A stretch of DNA of 64,000 nt from an uncultured virus (IMG/VR IMGVR_UViG_3300008113_011532) (IMGVR_UViG_3300008113_011532); one strand, 5' to 3'; shown: positions 20,646 to 30,093, counted from the first letter of the stretch. Translations and numbers: made by a program. Notes: generated by a model not told the origin, from the sequence alone.

Positions 20646-21535
20646 GAGACAGACTTCAGAACACTCTTAACAATTGCCATCTTACGTCTTCCCTGGTCCG
20701 TATCGAAATCACCCACAATACCCAGCACAGCGAACGCCAGAAAATCCGCAAAATCTTCCCTTGGGTTCCGACTGGAATACTTCCTGCAGAACGTCGAACC
20801 CTTCTTCGAAATCCAATCAGACTTCTTCTCGCCTGCCTTCTGCCTACCGGGTCTGGTCTCGACGTATCTGAAGTAGCCTTCAGGAACAGCCTCGTCTCTA
20901 CCACACTTCTTCCAACCGGAAATAGACCTCCACTCTCTACCAAACGATACACGCTTCAGGTAGTCTATGCAGTGGCAAATCTCGTGCGTGATACAGAACT
21001 CAATGTAAGGTATGTCCTTGCCACCGGCATTGAACCTCTTCTTGAACTCGAACACACGAGTGTTCAGCCTGAACAGGCGATCCTCATTTCGCCACTGTGC
21101 ACGCACACCGCCGAGGTCCTTGAAAAGTATCCTCCTTATCTTACCCTTTATGAACTTACGGTCGAACCTCTCGAAGCATTTCCTTATGACCTCGAGCTGG
21201 TGCTTGGTGACATCCGGGTCCATCTGCGTTCCGAAGTCTTTCTCGAACGACTCGACTTCATCAGCCGACGCGAAGTCAGCAGACTCGTTCACCTCGTCAA
21301 CCACATCTATCTCTGCGTTCTCTAGATCCCTTAGATCACTAACCTGACTCGGATCGCCTTTCTTTCTCTTTCCGGTTGCACCGAGAAACGTCGTTTTGTC
21401 ACCGGAACCGTCTTGTGAGCCGACGCCAGGCACAGAGCCAACGGTGGCGTTCGCTACCGAGCCCATACCGCCAACCGACGCGTTGGCCGCGGCCACGCCG
21501 TCCTCGAAGAACCTAGCGAAAGTCTTTATTCTCAT
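20642..21535 (-). CDS. Zinc metallopeptidase-like protein (HExxH)
   Basis: ITHEICH plus YS..NPREDFAD; start MRIKTFARFFED. Confidence 0.65.
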   Translation of the reverse strand: MRIKTFARFFEDGVAAANASVGGMGSVANATVGSVPGVGSQDGSGDKTTFLGATGKRKKGDPSQVSDLRDLENAEIDVVDEVNESADFASADEVESFEKDFGTQMDPDVTKHQLEVIRKCFERFDRKFIKGKIRRILFKDLGGVRAQWRNEDRLFRLNTRVFEFKKRFNAGGKDIPYIEFCITHEICHCIDYLKRVSFGREWRSISGWKKCGRDEAVPEGYFRYVETRPGRQKAGEKKSDWISKKGSTFCRKYSSRNPREDFADFLAFAVLGIVGDFDTDQGRRKMAIVKSVLKSVS

Positions 21536-21801
21536 CTGTAGTATATGTTTTGCCATAGGTTCGGCGGGCTTTTGAACGTCGAAAATCCACCGGTAGAAAG
21601 CTCGAGATCCTTCGCAACGTGCTCGGCCAGCTCTCGTGAGTACCTTCCCTCGGAATACCACTGCTCTATAAGAGGCCAGTAGAAGTCACGGAGATGCCTT
21701 ATCTGTGCTGGGAAAAGATTGTACTTGCTGAGAAACCTAAAAACCTCGTCAGCGTACTCCTCCACGTCCGTATAGGACTCGAAAGTCTTCAAATAAACCA
21801 T
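21532..21801 (-). CDS. Hypothetical protein (MVYLKTFESY motif)
   Basis: ORF behind a TATATA motif. Confidence 0.6.
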   Translation of the reverse strand: MVYLKTFESYTDVEEYADEVFRFLSKYNLFPAQIRHLRDFYWPLIEQWYSEGRYSRELAEHVAKDLELSTGGFSTFKSPPNLWQNIYYR

Positions 21802-21822
21802 AGGGTATATATAAAAGGCAGA

Positions 21823-22332
21823 CTACAGCAAATCGTCGATGTTTATCTGCCGCCTGAGCGCCTTTATGCACGCGGCCCTGCCAACGTGCGCGTTGTAGTC
21901 GAAGTAGAACTCGTGGGCGAACTCGGAACTGACGAAGTCCTGGAATTCCAACCACTTCTCAGTATGAATGATATTACTGAAGTGATGGCCCGGTGGTATC
22001 CTGAAGAAAGGAAGATAAACCAACTTATTAGATGCAACACATCCAGCAAAGAAACGCCGGGTCGCATCAAGGTCTATTTCCACCAAATCCCCTTTGTCGT
22101 GCAGCCAGAACATGTACTGTTCACGTATGAAAAGGTGCTTCTGCGGTATCCTCGACAGGTCGATCTTTCCGACACTCTTCGTGCAGAATGCAAGACCCTT
22201 AGGCACTTTCTCGGCCCACGAGTGTATCATTACACGCTCGGACCCGAGAAGGCCCTCGAAAAGACCCGAGTGAGGGATGAACCTGTTCGGATCCCAGTAG
22301 CTGTTGACGTCAATCTCTATCCACCTTACCAT
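21823..22332 (-). CDS. Hypothetical protein
   Basis: ORF with the shared C-terminal R..IDDLL motif. Confidence 0.55.
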   Translation of the reverse strand: MVRWIEIDVNSYWDPNRFIPHSGLFEGLLGSERVMIHSWAEKVPKGLAFCTKSVGKIDLSRIPQKHLFIREQYMFWLHDKGDLVEIDLDATRRFFAGCVASNKLVYLPFFRIPPGHHFSNIIHTEKWLEFQDFVSSEFAHEFYFDYNAHVGRAACIKALRRQINIDDLL

Positions 22333-22366
22333 AAAACAAACTTAGCTATAATATTTATAATAAACT

Positions 22367-22690
22367 ATGATGACAGAACAACAACTGATAGACAAAGGAT
22401 ACTCACCGGCACTCGCAAGGATAGTAAACAGAGTTATAAAGGACTTGTGCAAGGTCGACGGGTTCGAGCTAATCAGCGCGAGGCCCTGGAAGTCGAACCT
22501 TCCGGCGGTGATGCCAAGCGTAGGCGGCCGCATCGAGTCTGAGATATTCTCATACATCCAGGGACAGGAGATAACCATCCTCGACCAGAGAAGAAGAGAG
22601 GTGGCCGACGGACTCGAGCAGATCAGGGACGAGTACGGAAACCCTTACATCTCGACCAAGTGGGTAGAGGATAACATCCTAAGAAAATAA
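22367..22690 (+). CDS. Hypothetical protein
   Basis: ORF with phage codon usage. Confidence 0.55.
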   Translation: MMTEQQLIDKGYSPALARIVNRVIKDLCKVDGFELISARPWKSNLPAVMPSVGGRIESEIFSYIQGQEITILDQRRREVADGLEQIRDEYGNPYISTKWVEDNILRK

Positions 22691-22702
22691 AAAACCAAAG
22701 AA

Positions 22703-23014
22703 ATGAAGAAAGTCTGGAAAGTGACAACCGCACTAAACGAACAGGAGAACAAAGATTTCATGACGTCCATGTCAGAGGAAGACCACACCTTGGTCTCTGG
22801 ACTAGAACTTGATCTTTCAGTAGACGTACTAGAGAACGAAAAGATAACCTCTTTCGTGGTCTGCAACGAACTCAACCTCGAAAAACTGAAGTCGCTACTA
22901 ATGAAGCACAACGTAGAGTTCAAAGTTGACGACACGACAGAATTCTTCGTCAACGAAGAAGTGAAGGTAGAGGACCTATCAGACGAGTACATCTACGAGA
23001 AACTAGGCATATAA
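22703..23014 (+). CDS. Hypothetical protein
   Basis: ORF with phage codon usage. Confidence 0.6.
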   Translation: MKKVWKVTTALNEQENKDFMTSMSEEDHTLVSGLELDLSVDVLENEKITSFVVCNELNLEKLKSLLMKHNVEFKVDDTTEFFVNEEVKVEDLSDEYIYEKLGI

Positions 23015-23024
23015 AAACAAGCAT

Positions 23025-24098
23025 ATGAAAAGCAGCAAATTCCTAAAGAAGTACCTGAACGCTTACTCACCGACCGGGCAAGAGTCGGAAGGACAGCAGG
23101 TATGGATCGAATACATGAAGGACTGGAGCGACGAGCAACACACCGATCCATACGGAACGGCGTACTGCCTGGTCAAGAGCGACAGCGACAATTACGGACA
23201 CACGGTCGTAATCGAGGCGCACGCCGACGAAATCGCCTGGATGGTCTCGCAGATCGATTCCGAGGGCTTCCTAAGGGTCAAGAGAAACGGAGGCTCCGAC
23301 AACATGATCGCGCCTTCAAAACAGGTGACCGTAATAACACACGACGGAAAGAAGCACACCGGCGTCTTCGGATACCCTGCGGTTCACGTCAGGGAAAAGT
23401 ACACCGAGATGGGTCTCGACCAGCATGATCTCTGGGTCGACATGGGAACCGACAAGGAAGGCGTAGAGAAGATGGGAATCGAGGTCGGCAACATGGTAGT
23501 ATTCAACGACGAATTCGGCCAGGTTGGAAACTACTACACAGGTAGAGCACTCGACAACAAAATCGGAGGATACATAATCGCAGAGGCGGCGAGAAGAATA
23601 AAGGAGAACAACATCAAGCTACCGTTCGACCTTTACGTGGTCAACTCGGTGCAGGAAGAGGTAGGCCTACACGGCGCCAAGATGATTGCGCAGAGACTAA
23701 AGCCGGACTTCGCACTCGTGCACGACGTGTGCCACAATACAAGCACGCCGAGGATGAACAAGGCGAAGGACTGCGACACCAAAGGTGGAAACGGACCGGT
23801 GATAGAGTACACGGCACAGAACCACAGACTGGCAATAAAACTCATAAGAGAAACCGCGAACCGTAACAACATTCCGGTACAGCTAACAATCGGGTCTTAC
23901 GGCAACGACACGATGGGCTTCTTCCTGGCGAACGCAGGCACGCCCACAGCGATAATATCGACTCCGTTGAAGTATATGCACACAACGGTAGAGATGGCGC
24001 ACGTGGACGACGTGGAGCACGCAATCAACCTCTTCATCGAGACGCTGAAGGAAATCGACCACGACTTCCTTACAGAAATAAAAGGCGGAAGGGCATGA
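23025..24098 (+). CDS. M42-family metallo-aminopeptidase
   Basis: EAHADEI, RALDNK, VQEEVGLHGA and YMHT motifs. Confidence 0.9.
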   Translation: MKSSKFLKKYLNAYSPTGQESEGQQVWIEYMKDWSDEQHTDPYGTAYCLVKSDSDNYGHTVVIEAHADEIAWMVSQIDSEGFLRVKRNGGSDNMIAPSKQVTVITHDGKKHTGVFGYPAVHVREKYTEMGLDQHDLWVDMGTDKEGVEKMGIEVGNMVVFNDEFGQVGNYYTGRALDNKIGGYIIAEAARRIKENNIKLPFDLYVVNSVQEEVGLHGAKMIAQRLKPDFALVHDVCHNTSTPRMNKAKDCDTKGGNGPVIEYTAQNHRLAIKLIRETANRNNIPVQLTIGSYGNDTMGFFLANAGTPTAIISTPLKYMHTTVEMAHVDDVEHAINLFIETLKEIDHDFLTEIKGGRA

Positions 24099-24211
24099 TA
24101 CCGATGTCACTGATAGTCATCGGCATAATCGCCGCACTAATGGACAAAGAGTTCATAGAAAAGCACATCGTTATGGAACTCGACCCTGACGACGAAAATT
24201 TTTAGAAACGA

Positions 24212-24874
24212 ATGAAGTTCTTCATCGACACGGCGGACCTGAAGCAAATAAAGGCCGCAGCACATATGGGAATCCTGGACGGGGTGACCACAAACCCATC
24301 GCTGATGGCGAAGGTAGGCATCAAAGGCCACGACCAGATAATGAACCACTACGCAGAGATATGCAAGATCGTGGACGGCCCGGTCTCGGCAGAGGTGCTT
24401 TCGACCGAGTACGAGGAGATGGTACAGGAAGGAAAGGCTCTAAGCGAGCTTCACCCAAACATCGTGGTCAAGCTGCCTATGACACACGACGGCGTCAGGG
24501 CGATAAGCCACCTGAGCTCAATCGGCATAAAGACGAACTGCACGCTGGTCTTCTCCGTCGGCCAGGCACTCGTAGCGGCGAAGGCAGGCGCAACCTACGT
24601 CTCTCCGTTCGTGGGAAGGCTAGACGACATATCGTCAGACGGCCTGGACCTTATCAGGCAGATAAGGCAGGTCTACGACAACTACCCTAAGCACGAACTC
24701 GACACGAAGATACTCGCGGCTTCCATCAGAAACCCGATGCACATCGTAGACTGTGCGAAAATCGGAGCAGACGTCATAACGGCACCACTCGATGCGATAC
24801 AGTCGCTCATCTCACATCCACTTACGGACAAAGGCATAAACCAGTTCATAGAGGACACGAAGAAGTTCATCTAA
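24212..24874 (+). CDS. talC: Transaldolase / fructose-6-phosphate aldolase family protein
   Basis: FFIDTA, GVTTNPSL, VVKLP, YVSPFVGRLDD and LAASIR motifs. Confidence 0.92.
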   Translation: MKFFIDTADLKQIKAAAHMGILDGVTTNPSLMAKVGIKGHDQIMNHYAEICKIVDGPVSAEVLSTEYEEMVQEGKALSELHPNIVVKLPMTHDGVRAISHLSSIGIKTNCTLVFSVGQALVAAKAGATYVSPFVGRLDDISSDGLDLIRQIRQVYDNYPKHELDTKILAASIRNPMHIVDCAKIGADVITAPLDAIQSLISHPLTDKGINQFIEDTKKFI

Positions 24875-24892
24875 ATATGCAGTAACGACTGC

Positions 24893-24920
24893 AAAATCCG
24901 GCCAATGGCCGGATTTTTTT
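24893..24920 (+). terminator. Intrinsic terminator
   Basis: aaaatccggcc-aat-ggccggatttttt. Confidence 0.7.
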
Positions 24921-24933
24921 ATAACTTTACGAT

Positions 24934-25182
24934 ATGAACGAACTTGACCAGCAGATAATCGAGTGCGCCGTCGCCGACGGATTCACCTACAAGGAAAGTG
25001 ACACACTTGAAGTGATACGCGCGCAGTTCAACAGCGGAAAGGATATGGGCGAGTGGTGGATAAAGGTGAGGGGCACCGGAACGGGAAGTCGAGTTGTCCA
25101 GACTATGCGAAGAGTGACCGACGAAGACCTGAAGCAGTGGAGAAGGAACAAATCGATAGACACAATCCTACCTAACTCTTAG
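24934..25182 (+). CDS. Hypothetical protein
   Basis: ORF with the C-terminal RNKSIDTIL motif. Confidence 0.55.
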   Translation: MNELDQQIIECAVADGFTYKESDTLEVIRAQFNSGKDMGEWWIKVRGTGTGSRVVQTMRRVTDEDLKQWRRNKSIDTILPNS

Positions 25183-26055
25183 CCTCTGGCCTACGAACAA
25201 CCACTTGAGTTCGTCAATGTGGTTGAGACGACAAAGATCCTGCACGCTAGTACCATATACGTGAGCTATTTTATCCAGGCAGTCACCTTTTCTGACATAA
25301 TGATATTTCCTCATATTGGCGGGCACTCTCGTCTCGAACTTACCGGCCATCGGTAGGGCTATCCCCGCCACGAACTCGACAGACTCGAACTCGTCGAGCA
25401 AATCACTCGCAGGAATTCGAGACTTCAGCAACTCAGGCGTAACTGCAAAAGTATGAGAGACGACCTTCCCCGTCCTGAAATCAACCACATCCTCTGGATC
25501 TATAGCCACGTCGTAGAGCCTAATCTCGAAGTGGAGGTGCGCGCCGAATGAATGACCGGTGTTTCCACCCAAGCCTATAGGATGCCCTGCCTTCACGAAC
25601 TGGCCACTCTCGACCTTCACCTTGCTAAGGTGCGCGTAGTACGTCTCCAGGCCGTTCCTGTGCCTTACTATGACTAGGTTACCGTAGCCGCCGCGGTTCA
25701 TCATCGCGTACCTCACGACACCGTCCCATGCGGATCTTACGGTGTCGCCGGTCCTCAAGGCGATGTCGACGCCGGCGTGCATCGCGTTCCACCTAATGCC
25801 GTAGCGAGAGGTCATATATCCGTCGAACGGGACGTGAAACGAATCAATCGCTATATCGAACCGGCTCTGTACGAATCTGACCATATCCAGGTTCTTCTGC
25901 GATCTCGTTATTCGGGGCGTCCAGTTCTGGAGGCCGGAAACGCCGTTGCTCAGGAAGATTTGCCTATGTACGCTGTCGACCGCGACGTCGACCGTGTCCT
26001 GCGAGATCGCAAGATTGAGTATTGAAATGAAAAGTATCGATAATATTAGCCTCAT
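25168..26055 (-). CDS. M23 peptidase with signal peptide and C-terminal LysM
   Basis: HAGVD, YYAHL, GNTG.SFGAHLHFE; YVRKGDCL..IA..YG..L..LN. Confidence 0.9.
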   Translation of the reverse strand: MRLILSILFISILNLAISQDTVDVAVDSVHRQIFLSNGVSGLQNWTPRITRSQKNLDMVRFVQSRFDIAIDSFHVPFDGYMTSRYGIRWNAMHAGVDIALRTGDTVRSAWDGVVRYAMMNRGGYGNLVIVRHRNGLETYYAHLSKVKVESGQFVKAGHPIGLGGNTGHSFGAHLHFEIRLYDVAIDPEDVVDFRTGKVVSHTFAVTPELLKSRIPASDLLDEFESVEFVAGIALPMAGKFETRVPANMRKYHYVRKGDCLDKIAHVYGTSVQDLCRLNHIDELKWLFVGQRLRVR

Positions 26056-26118
26056 ATTGTTGTCATTTTGTGAAAAAGAAAAACCCGGTCTCCCGGGTTT
26101 TTATACAGTGCCAAAGCA

Positions 26119-26448
26119 CTAAAGTCCAAAGTCGTGGTGCGAGTGCGACGTGTGTGCGTGTTCCTCCTGCGAGTAATATTTGAACGCCGCCTTGTACTGG
26201 TCCTCGTTCTCAATATTGTCGAACATCTCTACCTGCGCGTAGTCGTTGTCGTCCTGCGGATACGGATCGAAAGATCCGTGGAAAGTCTTTCCAGGGTTTA
26301 TCTTCTCCTTCAGCCAAGCCTCGAACTCCTCCACCTCGTCAACTTCCGTTCCGAACATCCTGGCTATGTCGCCGTAAGTCCTTCCGTCTAGGTAGGCAGA
26401 CTTCGTGTCGCCCATAACGAACTCGAGAAACATCTTCAACCTTCTCAT
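26119..26448 (-). CDS. Hypothetical protein (MRRLKMFLEF motif; His-rich tail)
   Basis: ORF behind a TATATA motif. Confidence 0.55.
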   Translation of the reverse strand: MRRLKMFLEFVMGDTKSAYLDGRTYGDIARMFGTEVDEVEEFEAWLKEKINPGKTFHGSFDPYPQDDNDYAQVEMFDNIENEDQYKAAFKYYSQEEHAHTSHSHHDFGL

Positions 26449-26496
26449 ATTATAAACTGTATTTTCGTTATATATTAAGATTGAGATGCCGTTTTT

Positions 26497-26733
26497 TCAC
26501 CGACCGAGTACCTCGTCTATCCTAAGGTTCCTTAGGTCGACCTGGACCTTCTGCCAGTAGTTGTCGTGTATCGAGAAAGTGAGCGTCCCGTCGTCGTTCA
26601 CGATGCAAATAAACCAGGTGTCGCCAATCAGCTCCTGCCTCAGTACCTCCATTCCATCGAAGAAGCTTATGTAGACCTCCTCGATCTCGCCAAATACTCC
26701 TATCCTGTACTTTTCCATATAAAAACCTTTCAC
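26497..26733 (-). CDS. Hypothetical protein
   Basis: C-terminal RNLRIDEVLG motif. Confidence 0.55.
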   Translation of the reverse strand: MKGFYMEKYRIGVFGEIEEVYISFFDGMEVLRQELIGDTWFICIVNDDGTLTFSIHDNYWQKVQVDLRNLRIDEVLGR

Positions 26734-26750
26734 TTTTTATATATAGTGGT

Positions 26751-28412
26751 ATGAAAAGACTAATGACCCGCGAACAGTTCCTGAACGAGGCACACATCTA
26801 CTTCGACGATTACCTGGTAGACACACTGAGTGAGATAGACAATCCAATAGCAAAGAGGCTTCTCGACCTACACAAGAAACAACAGGACACCGACATCGCC
26901 TTCGCCATGCAGGGAAAGAAGGGAAAGGTCAACATAATAACGTACAAAAAGGCAGCAGAGACGCTACGTAAGAAGGAAGACGACGTGTTCATAAACGATG
27001 TGGCAGATGACGTAGAAGCAGACAAGCCACTCGACGACGACTGGCAGAAGAAATCATTCAACTTCCTCAGGGACAACAAGGCGATGACCGCAACAAAAAT
27101 CTCCAGGCTCGTGAACACATTGTTCCCGAAGGAGTACGAGGACGCCGAGGGGCAGAAGACGCTCAGAGACCTGATAGACAAGTACGGCGCGCTCACCGAC
27201 GACACGATGACACTGGAGATTGTAAGAGGCGAGGAGATAAAGAAATGGTACCTCGAGGACAACTACGGCGACAAAAGAGGAGAGCTCGCGTCCAGCTGCA
27301 TGAGGCACGACCGTTGCCAGACCTACTTCGACATTTACACCAAGAACCCCGACGTGGTAAGCATGCTCATCTGCACCAACGCAAAAGGACTGCTGATCGG
27401 AAGAGCACTCATATGGGAGCTCGCGGGCAGCAAGGAGCCGTCGCAGCTTATGGACAGGATCTACTTCAGAAACGAGAGGGTAAAAGAGAAGTTCATAAGC
27501 TACGCAGAGGAGAACGACATGGCCTACAAGGCCGGAAGAGGCCTTACAAACATAGTGTGGCGCGGTGAGAGGTTCAAGAGGTCGCCTAAGGTGCAGCTCG
27601 ACGAGTGGGAGTTCGACGAATACCCGTACATGGACACCTTCGCGAAGCTGGACATCGAGGACGGGACGCTCTACAACTCCGAGGACAAGGCTGAGGGCTT
27701 CTACATACTCACGTCGACCGACGGCGGATACTTCGAGAGGGAAGAAGTCTTTTCAAATTACGAGGACCAGTTCATAGAGGAGGACGAGGCCGATTGGAGC
27801 GAGCCGCTGCAGGACTGGATAAGCAAGAGCAACTCAGTCTACGTAAGCAGCGACTACGACAGTACGACCGGGATCTACCCGAAGGACCATCCGGACATCA
27901 AGCTGATAGAAGGGCAAGGATATTTCCACATCAACGACACGCTTTACAGCGAGGCGATGGATCAGTACATACTCTACTCCGACGCGATAGAAATAGTAGG
28001 TCACATCGACGATATGGAGGCAGACTCGTTTGGACACGAGATTGATTATGTCGATAGATCGAAAAAACTCGTAATCTGGCGGGATATGCTCTGTGCGAAC
28101 TGGCTGAGGCACCTAATAGACAATGACATTTGGGAAGAGAAGCCGTTACTCGACGACGATGTGGTGAAGGCAGAGAACGGAAAGTACTACCTGGTCGACT
28201 GGTCGATAGTCGCGTACGAGACAGAGAAGGGCCCGCTCTCGTTCAAACACTGCCAGACGCTAGGGATTGACAACGCAGGACTCAAGGAGCTGATGACCGA
28301 CACGCCGAGCTACTACTGGGGATTGAAGCCGGAGATAAAAAAGGAGCTAATCGAGAAACTCAAAGAAAAGGACCCCAAGGAGTTAAAGAAAATCGAGTCC
28401 TGGTCGCACTAA
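26751..28412 (+). CDS. Large hypothetical protein (SCM, GRALIW, MDRIY and YPYMDT motifs)
   Basis: 553 aa ORF; N-terminal EQFLNEA motif. Confidence 0.65.
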   Translation: MKRLMTREQFLNEAHIYFDDYLVDTLSEIDNPIAKRLLDLHKKQQDTDIAFAMQGKKGKVNIITYKKAAETLRKKEDDVFINDVADDVEADKPLDDDWQKKSFNFLRDNKAMTATKISRLVNTLFPKEYEDAEGQKTLRDLIDKYGALTDDTMTLEIVRGEEIKKWYLEDNYGDKRGELASSCMRHDRCQTYFDIYTKNPDVVSMLICTNAKGLLIGRALIWELAGSKEPSQLMDRIYFRNERVKEKFISYAEENDMAYKAGRGLTNIVWRGERFKRSPKVQLDEWEFDEYPYMDTFAKLDIEDGTLYNSEDKAEGFYILTSTDGGYFEREEVFSNYEDQFIEEDEADWSEPLQDWISKSNSVYVSSDYDSTTGIYPKDHPDIKLIEGQGYFHINDTLYSEAMDQYILYSDAIEIVGHIDDMEADSFGHEIDYVDRSKKLVIWRDMLCANWLRHLIDNDIWEEKPLLDDDVVKAENGKYYLVDWSIVAYETEKGPLSFKHCQTLGIDNAGLKELMTDTPSYYWGLKPEIKKELIEKLKEKDPKELKKIESWSH

Positions 28413-28458
28413 AAGACGGTAAACATACGGAAAACAATCCGTATAAACTAAAAACTTA

Positions 28459-28776
28459 GTGAAACAAATGGCATCAACCAGATTCGACAAAGAGTTCAGC
28501 AACAACTTCAAGGTAGGAAAGCACTACTCGTGCGAGCTCACGCCCTACGACCCAATCTACAGGGTACAGGTGCTCGAAATAACCGATAAGTGCCTGGTGC
28601 TGGACATAAACGGCCAACTTCCGAACTTCTGGCGCGACGAGATCGCAACCAAAGAGCTCACGAAGGGTGACCAGCCAGGAACGTACTGGCTCGACAAAGG
28701 CCTGCTAGACACGTTCTTCTTCGAGGATCACGAGACAAACAGAGACCAGGCACTAGAAAAACTCGGCATAAAGTAA
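28459..28776 (+). CDS. Hypothetical protein
   Basis: C-terminal RDQALEKLGI motif. Confidence 0.55.
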   Translation: MKQMASTRFDKEFSNNFKVGKHYSCELTPYDPIYRVQVLEITDKCLVLDINGQLPNFWRDEIATKELTKGDQPGTYWLDKGLLDTFFFEDHETNRDQALEKLGIK

Positions 28777-28806
28777 AAAAAGAGTAGGTTATTCGAAACT
28801 TAGCCG

Positions 28807-28856
28807 TATATTTGTCTTATAAAACAAAAAGGGAAGTAAAAAAACTTTATATATAC
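28807..28856 (+). promoter_or_regulatory. Tandem Bacteroidota-type -7 box (TATATTTG) and phage TATATA motif upstream of leader 1
   Basis: tatatttg at 28807-28814; ttatatatac just before the ATG. Confidence 0.6.
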
Positions 28857-28862
28857 AACACA

Positions 28863-28973
28863 ATGAAAGCAACAACACTAAATATGGCAATCGTGAGAAA
28901 CTTGATGGTGAATATTACATTATGTAATATTAGACCAGACGAGGGTTCCAGCCTATTTGTGGATGTCGCATAA
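28863..28973 (+). CDS. Attenuator leader peptide 1 (MKATTLNMAIVRNLMVNITLCNIRPDEGSSLFVDVA)
   Basis: 36 codons; the L M V N I T L C N I R block matches the downstream tRNA set; contains gacgagggttc complementary to the terminator 5' arm. Confidence 0.85.
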   Translation: MKATTLNMAIVRNLMVNITLCNIRPDEGSSLFVDVA

Positions 28974-28994
28974 GCATTCGTGAAAAGAAACTCG

Positions 28995-29030
28995 AACCCT
29001 CAGTCAAAAAACTGAGGGTTTTTTGTTTTT
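28995..29030 (+). terminator. Attenuator terminator 1
   Basis: aaccctcagt-caaaaa-actgagggtt plus U-tract. Confidence 0.85.
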
Positions 29031-29035
29031 ATAAA

Positions 29036-29116
29036 AGATTGAAAAAGGAAGTTGATAAATGTATTTTAGTTTGTGCTAACTGCCATAGAGAAATACACGA
29101 TGAAATTTCCAAATAA
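29036..29116 (+). pseudogene. C-terminal remnant of an HNH endonuclease
   Basis: Translates RLKKEVDKCILVCANCHREIHDEISK* with no start codon. Confidence 0.65.
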
Positions 29117-29121
29117 CATAC

Positions 29122-29193
29122 GGACGGGTAGCTCAGAGGCAGAGCAAAACCCTGTTAAGGTTGAGGTCGAGATATCGTAATTCTCCCCGTCCG
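29122..29193 (+). tRNA. tRNA-Asn(GTT)
   Basis: Cloverleaf, anticodon loop ctGTTaa; atypical T-loop. Confidence 0.8.
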
Positions 29194-29203
29194 CTAGTAA
29201 AAT

Positions 29204-29290
29204 GGACTTGTAGCTGATAAGGTTTAGCTGGTGACTGTTAATCACTGAATGAAAAATGAAATAAAGTAGGTTCGAATCCTACCTGGTCCG
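29204..29290 (+). tRNA. tRNA-Asn(GTT) with an expanded A-rich variable region
   Basis: ggtga-ctGTTaa-tcact; ~19 nt unpaired variable region. Confidence 0.65.
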
Positions 29291-29302
29291 CAAAAAACAA
29301 CA

Positions 29303-29386
29303 CGGTAGGTACCCGAGCGGTCCCAGGGACTAGTCTGATACACTAGGCGCGAAAGCGCGACGTGGGTTCAAATCCCACCCTACCGA
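29303..29386 (+). tRNA. tRNA with Ile anticodon (GAT) and a class II long variable arm
   Basis: ctagt-ctGATac-actag; V-arm gcgc-gaaa-gcgc. Confidence 0.75.
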
Positions 29387-29391
29387 CAAAC

Positions 29392-29466
29392 AGTCCCGTC
29401 GTCCAATGGAAAGGACGTCGGTCTTCTAAACCGAAGATGTGGGTTCGACTCCCGCCGGGACTACCA
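29392..29466 (+). tRNA. tRNA-Arg(TCT)
   Basis: tcggt-ctTCTaa-accga; encoded CCA. Confidence 0.9.
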
Positions 29467-29470
29467 AGAC

Positions 29471-29544
29471 TGGAATATAGCTCAGTTGGTTAGAGCATTC
29501 GCCTGATACGCGAAAGGTCGCTGGTTCGAATCCAGCTATTCCAA
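29471..29544 (+). tRNA. tRNA-Ile(GAT)
   Basis: ttcgc-ctGATac-gcgaa. Confidence 0.9.
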
Positions 29545-29556
29545 CAAAAAATACAA

Positions 29557-29630
29557 GCACCGGTGGTCGAGCGGCTTTAGGCGCTGGCCTGCAAAGCCAG
29601 ATTACGTGGGTTCGAATCCCTCCCGGTGCT
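29557..29630 (+). tRNA. tRNA-Cys(GCA)
   Basis: ctggc-ctGCAaa-gccag. Confidence 0.9.
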
Positions 29631-29636
29631 CAAAAT

Positions 29637-29709
29637 GCCTTTGTAGCTCAGCTGGTAGAGCGCTTCACTTGTAATGAAGATGTCGCAGGTTCGACCCCTG
29701 TCAAAGGCT
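29637..29709 (+). tRNA. tRNA-Thr(TGT)
   Basis: cttca-ctTGTaa-tgaag. Confidence 0.9.
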
Positions 29710-29713
29710 CAAA

Positions 29714-29761
29714 TGATGCTCAAAGCGATGCTGTAAGTGATGCTGTAAATGATGCTCAAAA
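29714..29761. repeat. Four tandem ~12-bp repeats ((t/c)gatgct core)
   Basis: tgatgctcaaag cgatgctgtaag tgatgctgtaaa tgatgctcaaaa. Confidence 0.8.
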
Positions 29762-29762
29762 C

Positions 29763-29832
29763 GCCGCGGCTTAGTGGAAAAGAACCGTCTCTCATAAGGA
29801 CGGAAAAGTGAGTTCGAACCTCATACGCGGCA
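29763..29832 (+). tRNA. tRNA-Met(CAT), atypical short D-arm
   Basis: ccgtct-ctCATaa-ggacgg; T-arm gtgag-ttcgaac-ctcat. Confidence 0.65.
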
Positions 29833-29852
29833 CTAACTAAAAAAAGAAAGAC

Positions 29853-30011
29853 ATGAAATTCGAAGACTACTTCAAAAGCAAGTTTCCTTTCCTGAAGGAA
29901 AGCCAGGAAAGCCACACGATCGACATCGACTCGGACACGCTCATATACCTGGTGCAGGACTTCATCGACAAAGAAAGGAGCAGAGAAGACCAATCGAAGG
30001 CATTCGAGTAA
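29853..30011 (+). CDS. 52-aa hypothetical protein inside the tRNA cassette
   Basis: MKFEDYFKSKFPFLKES...; phage-like codon usage. Confidence 0.55.
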   Translation: MKFEDYFKSKFPFLKESQESHTIDIDSDTLIYLVQDFIDKERSREDQSKAFE

Positions 30012-30018
30012 CAGAAAC

Positions 30019-30091
30019 AGGGAATTAGCTCAATCGGGAGAGCACCAGTCTTACATACTGGAGGTAGCGGGATCGTAACCCGCATTCCCTA
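30019..30091 (+). tRNA. tRNA-Val(TAC)
   Basis: ccagt-ctTACat-actgg. Confidence 0.85.
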
Positions 30092-30093
30092 CT

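Noticed and set aside
21694..22542. Long antisense or alternative-frame ORFs in the track (also 6808..7479, 5821..6420, 49047..49736 and ORFs overlapping tRNAs)
   Set aside because: They are shadows of better-supported genes or tRNAs, produced by strong codon bias, and show no recognisable motifs.
29714..29761. CRISPR array
   Set aside because: These are 12-bp tandem units with no spacers and no cas genes.
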